Source: a virus (taxonomy: Duplodnaviria; Caudoviricetes). Taken from it: a stretch of 34,280 nt of DNA. A model generated the notes under the pieces. The model was not told the DNA's origin, ran no database searches, and saw only the letters and a list, made by a program, of their open reading frames with translations. Position numbers and translations under genes: made by a program. Each line of letters begins with the position of its first letter. The stretch's first letter is position 1. Of this stretch, positions 8,477-17,821 are shown piece by piece. The DNA lies in IMG/VR virus record IMGVR_UViG_3300033076_000978, positions 1 to 34,280 of that record; one strand, given 5' to 3'.

Positions 8477-8879
8477 CCCACCAGGCCATCATGCCGAGTA
8501 TCGATGTCAGCGCAGCGGGTTTCGATGTCGGGGTGACGCTGTTGGACGCCGATGAGGTTGCAGACGTGGTGGCGTTGATTCCTGTGATCGTGGCAGTGAC
8601 GGCCGCACCGTTTGCGCTGGTGATCGTGATAGGCGAAACCGTGCCGGTTGCCGTCGATCCGTTCGACAGCGTGGCGCGGTAGCTGGTGGCATTTGCAGCC
8701 GGCGTGAAATACACCGACACGCTACCATCGTTGGCGATGAGCAGCGGGGCGCGAGGCGTGGCGACGGATGTGGTGTCCCCTGACACTGAGGATACAACTT
8801 GTGTAGCTATATCCTCTCTTTCATAAATTTGAGTGGCCCCAGGCCCACGATAATCTGCATGAATAAAATTGTCAGCCAT
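8397..8879 (-). pseudogene. Probably truncated or frameshifted virion protein (FN3/Ig-like repeat, then broken after WWDA)
   Basis: Ser/Thr-rich beta-strand region 'VSVYFTPAANATSYRAT...SSASNSVTP' then 'LGMMAWWDA'. After this the frame degenerates into a short out-of-frame tail overlapping the next ORF. Confidence 0.55.
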
Positions 8880-8902
8880 TTTACACCTTACCTTTTCATC
8901 TA

Positions 8903-9349
8903 TCAGTTATACAACACAACACCTAGACTATAAGTCCAGTTGCCCGCACCAGAATGTACCACCACAATCCGCCAGATAGCAGGAAGGGTATCTTGCACCT
9001 GCACGCCAGAAGCAGAAGCAGCAATACTCACAATGGCCTGCTTGAGTTTCAGGCGGATCATACCGGTGACAGTCGTGGCAGTTGTCAGAGCGCCTTGCAG
9101 ATCCACCCAGCTCCCAGAAGCTGGATCTTGCTCTTGGAGTTTGAGCTGGATGGTTTCGATACCGGGCGCCGCAGTGACATTCAGGTAGGCGACAATACCA
9201 GAAGCTTCCGGATTGATACCACTAGCGAACCTAGCATTCGCATTATTTGGATCAATGAGATCCTTACCAGAAATTGTTTGTGTGGTTGTGCGAACAGCGG
9301 AAGGCAGAGGGGTGTAAATCCCTTGCACAGTTTGGGTATAGATAGACAT
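8903..9349 (-). CDS. Putative virion structural protein
   Basis: Beta-rich 148-aa ORF in the late operon. RBS GAGGA. Confidence 0.7.
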   Translation of the reverse strand: MSIYTQTVQGIYTPLPSAVRTTTQTISGKDLIDPNNANARFASGINPEASGIVAYLNVTAAPGIETIQLKLQEQDPASGSWVDLQGALTTATTVTGMIRLKLKQAIVSIAASASGVQVQDTLPAIWRIVVVHSGAGNWTYSLGVVLYN

Positions 9350-9358
9350 ATCAGTTCC

Positions 9359-12300
9359 TCAGTCAGTTAGGGAATTAAATGCGCTTTCAGAGCCACCCAT
9401 CAGCACCTGCATCTTCTGTGCAAACGGGTTCTGTAATTGGCTCACGATCCTCTGAGACTCAGCAGTATTCGCTGCCTTCATCTCATTCATCATGTACTTG
9501 TTAAAGTTCACCTGCTTTCCTCCAGAGGCTGCGTAATGCTTTGCAAATTGTACAACCGAATCCTCATCTGGTTTGTTTCCCATGATCGAGGCACTCTTAA
9601 TCGCACCTGCCAGAGTTTGCATCTTCGCACGATCAAACTGCTGGTACGCGTGGATTCTATAAACTCCATCATTAGTGATCGCTTCATCAAGAGGTCTCCC
9701 ACCTGCTAGGCGTGTTGCGGTTGCCCAGGACATAAGATCATTTGAAGCCAGAATAGTTCCTTTCGAGGTTGTTGAATAAACTTGCCCATCTTCACCAAAT
9801 GCTTGGAGAGTTTGTGCGAGACCTGCAAGAGGGCGAGAAAGTCCGTTGTGTTCCAGGCCTTGTAACATAGATTCCCACACCTGGCCACCCGCGCCGATCT
9901 TGTCAGCAGTCGCCTTGATAGATCCGAAGAACTTCCCAAAGGCCCCGACGATTGGTACGTCTGCCAGAGTGGCGGGCACCACAGTCACTTGGCGCGGATT
10001 GATATCTCCACGAGAATACAGATTGGCTTGGAGAAGATTGCTAGGCAAGCCATACATCAACCAGTCACCTGCCTGCTTACCCGCCACGCCATAAGTTGCA
10101 TCATACAGATCCACATGCTTCTGGTTCCCACTCATCGTACCAACGACATGCTGATTGATGAACTGGAATGCAGGCAGACCTTGCAGACCATAGAAAGTTC
10201 CCTGCAAACCCAGGAGCATTGCAGTATCTTTCCCAGATCCTTCTCCCACATACCGGAAGAGCTGCTGCATCAGATTGAACTGGTAGCTCTGAAACAGACC
10301 GATCGCCTGACCAACCGGACCTTGGAACATCAGCGGGCGCTGGGAAGCAATCGTATTTCCTTCCACCCGATTCACAAAGGTGTTTATATATGCAAGAGCT
10401 TCCTGGTTGGAGAGTACCCCATGCTTCACTCCCAGAGATGTGATTTGGTCTGCAACATTCGCCGAGATAAATCGATTCAGTTCTTCAGCGAGCTTGTTCC
10501 CGGTGAGCTTCTCACCAGTTTCAGAGAGCGCCTTGGCCTTCTCGAACGCCCGAGCCAGGCGGCCTTTCAGCTCCGAAACCGACTCGGTACCTTGCAGGGT
10601 GAAATCATCCAAGATCTGCTTGAACTGGGTAGAGGCATCCTTGACGAAACCGGCAGCTTTATATTTCGCAAGCAGGGTGCCATCATCTTTTAAGAAGTTT
10701 GTCATCGCCTGCGCCACTAGTTTCGAGGGCGACAGGATCTGACCAACTCCGCCAGGCACATCTATCTTAGCGAGCTTTGCAAGTTCCCCTGCAATCTCAG
10801 AGTTCCCTTCCTTGATCGCACGAGTGATCTGATTGAGTTCAGTGCCTCGTAGAACATTCGCACCTACGAAGTTATTCACAGCGTTCAGAGGATCCAAACC
10901 TAGGGTGAGTTTGCTTAGTAAAGCATTAGCTCCCCGAATGAATTTCGTGAGTTCGCCCTTCGGCGCCGGATGATTCGCCAAAAGAATATCAGCCGCCGTA
11001 GAGTACGCGGTATCCATCCCATTGGCTTTCAGTAAGGCGTTTATTTCTGTGATCTTCGCCTCATCATACGGATTCTTCCAGCCCTTGAAAGATTCCTCCA
11101 GGTGACCATACGCCCGAGAGACTGCGCCATCCAGAAGCTTATTAAACCCGTAAAGCCAAGGATGCTCACTAACCTTGGAGATATCCAGAGCGGTCTTGAT
11201 ATAGTCCAGGTATGGATTTGTGCCCTGAGCTTCTAGGCGCTCCCCGTAAGATCCAAATTTCGAGGCCGCGACTTTGGTGTACGCCTGCCCCTGATCTTCT
11301 AACCAGTCGAAAGTCTTGCTGTTCTTGGCGCGCATGAGTTCGATTGCCAGCATGTCATCTTCGCGCAGGTGTTGCTGGAGAATCGAGTCAGCGATAGTTC
11401 TGGGGTCAGTGCGAGTTAGGAAGTTCGAGAAGATACCCTTGCTCTTTAGATTCGAGTCAATGTAAGATTCATTCAGTGTGCGCTGGTACTCATACTCCTG
11501 ACGAGCACGCTTGAAATCTTCCACCTCTCGCTTGGTGAGCACGGAGTACTCAGGATACTCACGGCGCACCATGTCGATTTGAGCTTGGAGCTTAGCTTCC
11601 GAGTTTGCAAAGAGCATAGTGGCATGCCCTTGACCAGTCACCCTCGGATCTTTCACAAACGCAAAGAACGGATAGTCCTTCGGATTCGGGCGGATGGGCC
11701 GGAAAACACCAGGATCTTTAGAGTCTGTCATCCCCTGAGCAGCTCGCACCTCAGAGTGTGTAGCTGTTCTATCCCCAGTTCTGGCGATATGAGCATCCAC
11801 CAGGGCAACAGTTTCCGGGTGCTTGATCTCATGGACCATCTCACCGGCAGCATCCAGGAGTTCGTCCCAATTAGTAACTCCATCTTTGGTAGCAGCTGTC
11901 AGGGCATCCCTGGGAACCAAGTACTCATTCCCCATATCATCCGTAGCACGCACCATCAGCTTGCCAGCTCTCGAAACTTTTTGGTTCAGAGTCTCAAACT
12001 CGATGGCGACGTCTTGCTTAGACAGCAGGTTGAACAGCGGACCTTCAAGAGCGGCTTGAGTTTCCTTGCGGAAAGCGGTCTTCGCCTCTTTGGTCAGGGA
12101 GCCAACAAACTGGAGGATAGATTCCAGAGAGCCGTAGTTCCCATTCGAGAATGAAGCAAGGCCTGCACCTGCGCCATGGCGGTTCGCGGTCAGAATTAGT
12201 GAGTCAGGGATCTCAGGAATCTTCTCATAGATCCCAGCCGGTAGTGCCTTTGCAACCGCATTGTTCACAGCATCCCGGATCAGCTTCTGCTGGGTCTTAA

Positions 12301-14209
12301 TGAATGTCATTCCATCCATCACATTCCCATCCAGGTCATCCATATTCCGCACACGCTTGGTGATCTTGGCGTAGGACGGCAGGAACCTAGTATCAGGAGT
12401 TGCACGCTCCTGGCCTTTCTCGATCGGGTTTGCAGGGGTCCTCAGGCCGCGAGCTGCCAGAAAGTTCTCGTACTCCTTATTCGCAGTTTGCCAGGCAAAG
12501 TAGTCCTCAGTGCCTTCGCGCACCTCATCTTCCAAACGAGACAGGCGCATATTCACCATGCGCGCCACACCTTCATTTCCCATACGGGCAACAGAAGGGG
12601 CACCGGTAAACACCTTAGATTCCAGAAGTGCATATGCTGCCTCCTCCTTGGCAGCTTGAATATGCTTCAAGAGATCTCCACGCAGGAGGAAACCATCCTT
12701 AAGAATCTCCCCTTGGGAGCCTGTAAGTTGCACCCTGCCTAGAAGTTCAGGAGCTTTCTCAGAGTCAATCCACAGGCGCTCCAAGAGAGGCAGATCGTAC
12801 TGACCAATCTTGAAAGCCTTCTCAGGATTCCAGCCTGTAAAGATCTCGTGCGCCCAGATGTTGCGGGCCTCAGCCTCCAGGTGCGGATTCAGCCCTGAAA
12901 CTTCCCGGACATCCCAAGACTTCCCAGCCTTGAATCCATAGTCACGAACTGCTCCAAGAACCGCTTCACGAACACTCTGGCCGCCCGTCGGGCGCACATG
13001 ATCCGCCAGCGAGATAACTGCCGGGGCCTCCGTAGTTACCTGGCCCGCGTTATCTCCATGAGTCTTCATGTAGGAAACCTGGAGGTCGTCAGTAGGCTCG
13101 CCTTTCTTAACTCTTGCTTTGATCTCAGTTTCGACCTTCGTGGCACCCTTCACCGAGGTCACCTCCTCCACATGCAGGAAGTTCTGGAGCACAGTTGCAG
13201 GAGGGGCACCATGATTCACATCAGCGATCATGTTCCCAATCTCAGGCTGATTCCCAGGAACCAGTTTGTGAGACTCTTCCCGGATAGCATTCTGAGTTCT
13301 GCGCACCCGGTCTTCCAGTGCCTTTGCAGCGTTCAGATCTCCCGCAGCGAGCTGAGTTGCACGAGCGGCCGCCAGATCCTCAGACATCAGAATGAGAGCA
13401 TCTGAGGGGAGAGCGCCTTGCTCCGCCAGATCCCGAGAGCCAAACGGTTTCACTCGGAGATCCTCTACACCAATCGCTTTCTTGATCCGTGCGAAAGTCC
13501 TGGCGCCCTCGAAAGCTCCACCAATAACTCCGCCCAGTGCGCCACCAACTGCAATGTTCTTAACAATATCCCAGCGATCCTGCTCTTGCAGAATCGGGCT
13601 CTTGAACATTGTGGCCTGCACAGCAGTCTCGAAAGCTGCGCCTTCCAGAGTGTTCTGCCAGACGCCCGCACCCAGGGCCTTGAGGGTGTTCACATTGATC
13701 GAGGAGAAAGTGGCGCCTGCTGAGGTGATATCTTTCGCAGCGGCAGTAATATACATCTCGGTCTCAGGAACCAAGAGCCCAGTTGCACGAGAGAGATTGG
13801 ATCCCAGAACTCCTCGACCAGCGGCAGCTTTCAGAGCAGTCTGCCCAGCATTCAGGAACTTAACTCCTGCCATCCCAGGAATCAGGGAGCCTGCCAGGAA
13901 CCCTACGAGATCTGCGGCCCCACGGTTTTCAGAGTAATACGCACCCAGATCCTCATCAATAGATGAGATCCAGGCCTTGGTATCACGCTGCTCTGCATCT
14001 ACACCGAACGCGTTACCAATGTAAGCACCTGTGTTATAGAACGAGTTCGCGCCAGAGAGCATGCCGGAAGCGATCAGCTTTCCAGCACCTGCAAACTTAT
14101 CTCCCCAAGTTTCAGGGTCGAACCAGGAACCGCCTTTGCTATTCCCAATATTGTGGTTATCTGCTGCCAGGAGGTAGGCAGGTACATCGGTGAGATCTTG
14201 GTCAGCCAT
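9359..14209 (-). CDS. Large internal virion (DNA ejection) protein
   Basis: 1616 aa, Ala/Gly-rich and helical, with N-terminal glycine-rich hydrophobic segments. Third of three adjacent core-type genes, as in podoviruses. Confidence 0.75.
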   Translation of the reverse strand: MADQDLTDVPAYLLAADNHNIGNSKGGSWFDPETWGDKFAGAGKLIASGMLSGANSFYNTGAYIGNAFGVDAEQRDTKAWISSIDEDLGAYYSENRGAADLVGFLAGSLIPGMAGVKFLNAGQTALKAAAGRGVLGSNLSRATGLLVPETEMYITAAAKDITSAGATFSSINVNTLKALGAGVWQNTLEGAAFETAVQATMFKSPILQEQDRWDIVKNIAVGGALGGVIGGAFEGARTFARIKKAIGVEDLRVKPFGSRDLAEQGALPSDALILMSEDLAAARATQLAAGDLNAAKALEDRVRRTQNAIREESHKLVPGNQPEIGNMIADVNHGAPPATVLQNFLHVEEVTSVKGATKVETEIKARVKKGEPTDDLQVSYMKTHGDNAGQVTTEAPAVISLADHVRPTGGQSVREAVLGAVRDYGFKAGKSWDVREVSGLNPHLEAEARNIWAHEIFTGWNPEKAFKIGQYDLPLLERLWIDSEKAPELLGRVQLTGSQGEILKDGFLLRGDLLKHIQAAKEEAAYALLESKVFTGAPSVARMGNEGVARMVNMRLSRLEDEVREGTEDYFAWQTANKEYENFLAARGLRTPANPIEKGQERATPDTRFLPSYAKITKRVRNMDDLDGNVMDGMTFIKTQQKLIRDAVNNAVAKALPAGIYEKIPEIPDSLILTANRHGAGAGLASFSNGNYGSLESILQFVGSLTKEAKTAFRKETQAALEGPLFNLLSKQDVAIEFETLNQKVSRAGKLMVRATDDMGNEYLVPRDALTAATKDGVTNWDELLDAAGEMVHEIKHPETVALVDAHIARTGDRTATHSEVRAAQGMTDSKDPGVFRPIRPNPKDYPFFAFVKDPRVTGQGHATMLFANSEAKLQAQIDMVRREYPEYSVLTKREVEDFKRARQEYEYQRTLNESYIDSNLKSKGIFSNFLTRTDPRTIADSILQQHLREDDMLAIELMRAKNSKTFDWLEDQGQAYTKVAASKFGSYGERLEAQGTNPYLDYIKTALDISKVSEHPWLYGFNKLLDGAVSRAYGHLEESFKGWKNPYDEAKITEINALLKANGMDTAYSTAADILLANHPAPKGELTKFIRGANALLSKLTLGLDPLNAVNNFVGANVLRGTELNQITRAIKEGNSEIAGELAKLAKIDVPGGVGQILSPSKLVAQAMTNFLKDDGTLLAKYKAAGFVKDASTQFKQILDDFTLQGTESVSELKGRLARAFEKAKALSETGEKLTGNKLAEELNRFISANVADQITSLGVKHGVLSNQEALAYINTFVNRVEGNTIASQRPLMFQGPVGQAIGLFQSYQFNLMQQLFRYVGEGSGKDTAMLLGLQGTFYGLQGLPAFQFINQHVVGTMSGNQKHVDLYDATYGVAGKQAGDWLMYGLPSNLLQANLYSRGDINPRQVTVVPATLADVPIVGAFGKFFGSIKATADKIGAGGQVWESMLQGLEHNGLSRPLAGLAQTLQAFGEDGQVYSTTSKGTILASNDLMSWATATRLAGGRPLDEAITNDGVYRIHAYQQFDRAKMQTLAGAIKSASIMGNKPDEDSVVQFAKHYAASGGKQVNFNKYMMNEMKAANTAESQRIVSQLQNPFAQKMQVLMGGSESAFNSLTD

Positions 14210-16038
14210 TATTTAGCTCCTTCACGGGCGCGGAGTGCTTTCCAGTATTCTGGGTTATTGTTGTAAATATTGGGCAGAGTGCCGGGTGTAGGGAGTTCTG
14301 CAGAATCCAGCGGCATAAGTGGGATGTTCTTATTCCTTTGCCACTGCCTGATTCCAGCTTGCAACCCAGGGTTCGCAGTCTCTTCAACGGCGGCCCTAGA
14401 CAAGACTTTGATCGTCGCTCTGCTTACATCATCTCCCGCGGTGATATCAACGACTTCGGTAGTCTTGAACATTCCTTGCGGATCAGTGGTCAGAGCAACA
14501 TTATATCCACGCTGCCCTACAAGTCCGACAGACTGAAGTTGACGAGCTGCAAGAGTTACAGCAGCTCCACGGCGATAGAAGTCTGTAAGGGTGAGAAGTT
14601 CCTTGTGGGAGAGTTCGCCATTCTTAGCCGCATCCAGAGCCAACCCCCAAACACGATCCGGATTATCCAGATCCACACCAGCTTGGAGAGCAGGTAGAAT
14701 AATTTTCTGGGTGATCGGGAGTTTCTCAAGTACAGGGCGCAATTCCGGATTCGCAAGCAAAGCTCTCGGACCTGGAACCAAGTACACGTTATCCTTATCC
14801 CCCGGCTTCACCAACTTGAATTGCTCGTTCAGTCGCTCTTGCGCAATCTGGTTTAAGCGCGCATCAGCGACTTGCTTGTTCTTGAGATCCAGGGTGTTAT
14901 TCGGGCTTCTGGCCTCCATTTGCAGGAGCGTAATAGAGTCCGAAATAATTCCCTTCACAGGATCCATAGCAGAAGGAATCTCCATCGGAACCTTTCTAGC
15001 AACCATCGAAGCAAAGTCCGCAGGAGACGCTGCCAAACTCCGAGTGTTCCCAGTGGGGTCCAGAGCCAGCGCACGCTGTCCTGCCATGTAATCCTCATTC
15101 GCCAGCTGGCCAGCAGGTGAGTTAGATTTCAGGAGCTGCAAGAGCGCCTTAGCATCCGCACCATTCGGATCCATCGGCACATACGCAGATCCCATACGCT
15201 GGCGCCTACCAACCTCAATAGTCTTGAGGAAGTAGGAGTCCATATCTTTCTGATCTTTCAGGCCTTGGTCTTTCAGCTTCTTCTCTTCCTTGCGCCACTC
15301 AAATTCTTGCTGCGAGAGTTGGAAATGTTTGAGCGCCAGAGCCTGGGATTCATACGCACGCTTGGCAGCATCAGCAGAGAACGCATGCGCCAGCACATCA
15401 TCGCGCGCCTGGATCGCTGCTTTCATTCCCTCGGCGCCGTAGATGATTCCACGAGTAGATGCATTATTAGCTTCCACCTGAGCTGCCATCTGGATCTTCT
15501 GGGCATTCGCAGCCGCGCTAGCAGCAGTCACAGACTCCTGGAGCTGAGTCTGAGTTGCGAAAGTACCTTGCGCCAGCGCATTTCGAGTTTGAATCTCGTT
15601 ATCAATCTCCTGGGTCTGCTGGTTCAGCGCATTATGTTTTGCGATGTCATCATCCACAGTTACCTGATTGATGATATATTGCAGGGGGTTATCAAAGAAA
15701 CCAACTGATTGCTTGGCGGATACACGAGCTGAGAGTTCCTGGCGCTGAGAGGCCAGGGAATTACGAGCGTTTATTAGGGCGGTCAGTTGCTCCGAATCTT
15801 TCCGGAGATCCACACCGAAAGAGGCTCCTGCCAGATTCCGCGCCTGCTGGGTCGCCAAGGCGCCTTGGTCTTTCGCGCCCTGGATAATTGCATCTGCCGC
15901 GCCGATAGATTCATATAGCGAAGCATTCTTATCTTGGGCGGCCTGAGCTGCGCCATAGGCACCCTGGATTTCTCCAGAGGCCTTCATGTTCGCAGTATCC
16001 GTAGAAGATACTGTAGAGAGGAGAGTTGCGAGATCCAT
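14209..16038 (-). CDS. Internal virion (ejection) protein
   Basis: Ala/Gln-rich coiled-coil. Start reassigned to MDLATLL (16038), directly after the upstream stop. Confidence 0.7.
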   Translation of the reverse strand: MDLATLLSTVSSTDTANMKASGEIQGAYGAAQAAQDKNASLYESIGAADAIIQGAKDQGALATQQARNLAGASFGVDLRKDSEQLTALINARNSLASQRQELSARVSAKQSVGFFDNPLQYIINQVTVDDDIAKHNALNQQTQEIDNEIQTRNALAQGTFATQTQLQESVTAASAAANAQKIQMAAQVEANNASTRGIIYGAEGMKAAIQARDDVLAHAFSADAAKRAYESQALALKHFQLSQQEFEWRKEEKKLKDQGLKDQKDMDSYFLKTIEVGRRQRMGSAYVPMDPNGADAKALLQLLKSNSPAGQLANEDYMAGQRALALDPTGNTRSLAASPADFASMVARKVPMEIPSAMDPVKGIISDSITLLQMEARSPNNTLDLKNKQVADARLNQIAQERLNEQFKLVKPGDKDNVYLVPGPRALLANPELRPVLEKLPITQKIILPALQAGVDLDNPDRVWGLALDAAKNGELSHKELLTLTDFYRRGAAVTLAARQLQSVGLVGQRGYNVALTTDPQGMFKTTEVVDITAGDDVSRATIKVLSRAAVEETANPGLQAGIRQWQRNKNIPLMPLDSAELPTPGTLPNIYNNNPEYWKALRAREGAK

Positions 16039-16039
16039 A

Positions 16040-16927
16040 TTACCACCCAAAGATATCGGCAATCGTATCGCCCGCACCAACGATCACGCTACGTGCAGTA
16101 TCCTCCACCTGAGCTGCGCCCCTAGAGGCAGATGAGCCGATGGTGCCTCCGAACTGGGAACCGGCTATTGCTCCAAGAGGTCCGCCGAAAACTCCACCAC
16201 CAACTGTTGCGAGCAAAGTTCCTAGCTGCCCACCTGTATCATCTGATTCCCCAAACTTATCCAGTTTGCGTTTGGCATTTACGGCGGATGCGAGATAGCC
16301 GGCACCTGCCAGAAAATCAGCAGCTCCGAGCGAGGCGCCAGGGGCGGCAGCCAGAGTTCCAGAAGTCTCAGCAACAGCAGGAGTTGCCACAGTTTCAGGG
16401 GCAAATCCAGCAGCTTTCTCAATCGCCTGCGCGCCCATAGTGGCACCGGTTCCAGCACCCGCCGTATCCAAAGCAACTCCAGGAGCCAGGCCTAAGTAAT
16501 CTCGGATTGCTGTTAAGGCACCCATGCCTTTATCAGCTCCTGTAGATGCCAGAGATCCGAGGTCCATATTCCCTGCTTTCCCGAGCGCATAGATGTTCAG
16601 GAGATCAGGCAGGCCCAAAGACGGATCTTGCTTGCTCTTCTTGGTAGTGGTAGAGGAGCGAGCAGCAGCCTCCCCAGAGATTCGAGCTAGCAGATCATTT
16701 ACCTGGAGTTGCCGAGTGGAGGAGTTATACAGCCCCGCATTCTTCTGCCCGGATGCAATCGCCGCCAGTCCCTGATTGGATTCTAGAGCCTGCTTAACCA
16801 GCGCCTGAATCCCCTCAGGAGAGATATTGGTGGAAGAGGTCTCGCTACCAGATTTCCCCTTGAAGAGAGAAACCAGGTTTGCAATGTTAGCCACTCCATT
16901 GGTAGGAGCGATGTCGCCAGTAGCCAT
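16040..16927 (-). CDS. Small internal virion (ejection/pilot) protein
   Basis: Gly/Ala/Ser-rich with glycine zipper GGGVFGGPLGAIAGSQFGG. Start MATGDI follows GGAGG. Confidence 0.7.
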   Translation of the reverse strand: MATGDIAPTNGVANIANLVSLFKGKSGSETSSTNISPEGIQALVKQALESNQGLAAIASGQKNAGLYNSSTRQLQVNDLLARISGEAAARSSTTTKKSKQDPSLGLPDLLNIYALGKAGNMDLGSLASTGADKGMGALTAIRDYLGLAPGVALDTAGAGTGATMGAQAIEKAAGFAPETVATPAVAETSGTLAAAPGASLGAADFLAGAGYLASAVNAKRKLDKFGESDDTGGQLGTLLATVGGGVFGGPLGAIAGSQFGGTIGSSASRGAAQVEDTARSVIVGAGDTIADIFGW

Positions 16928-16928
16928 A

Positions 16929-17249
16929 TTAACCTCCGAACTTGATGAAACCGTTGCGGCCGAGGAACTCAACTAGAGTCCAGATAGCCACCACAAACGC
17001 CCAGATACCCATACCCCGATTGATCCACTGATCTAGCTTCTTTTCCAGAGCTGCATGTGCAGTCTCCATGCTAGCCAGGGACTTCTCAAGTTCACCGATC
17101 CGAGTTCCTTGGGTCACCTGGCGCTCCTCAAAAACCAAAAGCCGATTCAAATGATCGGCAAGTTTATCGACTTTCTTCTCGAGTCTTGCAAAGTCAGATG
17201 GATGGATCATCGAGTGGGCATCCTGGTTGAAGTCAGAATCCTTGAACAT
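16929..17249 (-). CDS. Holin-like / XhlA-like membrane protein
   Basis: Coiled-coil followed by one C-terminal TM helix (GMGIWAFVVAIWTLV). Confidence 0.55.
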   Translation of the reverse strand: MFKDSDFNQDAHSMIHPSDFARLEKKVDKLADHLNRLLVFEERQVTQGTRIGELEKSLASMETAHAALEKKLDQWINRGMGIWAFVVAIWTLVEFLGRNGFIKFGG

Positions 17250-17296
17250 TTTTGATTCCCAAGTGTTGCGTTATGTTAGATTCTAGGCGCTCAGTT

Positions 17297-17821
17297 TCAC
17301 AGTGGGGATGACAGGAGATCTGTGGCCGAGAGCGCCCTACCAACCTGCTGCGTAGAGACTACTGTAGAGATAGCTCCTGGAGTGCCTGCAGAAAGATAAT
17401 AGGTAGCTGCGAGAGTAAGACCCGATAGGTGAGAGTTAACTCCCCCAAAGGAGATCTCCGCTAGGGCTCCTGCAGAAACGTTCGAGGTTGACGAAACAAA
17501 TCCCCAAGCCGAGTTTACACCTGCCTGTGCTAGATCTGCTGTAAGTACTCCAGCAACATTGTGTAGATATACATATTGCCCTGGAGATAACGCCGCCCCA
17601 GCTTTTACAAGCGCCTTGAAAATATTCTGGATCCGAGTAGTTTCAGCAGGGGCGGTGGTTACTGGAGTGAGTGCCCCAGTGTATGTATCTAGAGAGGAGA
17701 GCAGGAGATTCAGGGCATTCCTGATCCTCACAAACTCCACGAACACCTGCGGGTTTTCTCTCTGGGAAACTTCAGGAATCGCAGAGAGCCCTAGATTCAC
17801 CGAATACTCAGGCATACTCAC
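17297..17821 (-). CDS. Virion protein with cement/DUF2190-like C-terminal domain
   Basis: GLTLAATYYLS..PGAI....QQVGRALSATDL pattern. ATGA overlap with the nozzle gene. Confidence 0.55.
   Translation of the reverse strand: MSMPEYSVNLGLSAIPEVSQRENPQVFVEFVRIRNALNLLLSSLDTYTGALTPVTTAPAETTRIQNIFKALVKAGAALSPGQYVYLHNVAGVLTADLAQAGVNSAWGFVSSTSNVSAGALAEISFGGVNSHLSGLTLAATYYLSAGTPGAISTVVSTQQVGRALSATDLLSSPL

Noticed and set aside
9359-14209. Virion RNA polymerase or lytic transglycosylase domain in the 1616-aa protein
   Set aside because: I could not find T7/N4-type polymerase motifs or a convincing lysozyme/SLT motif by eye. A profile search is needed.
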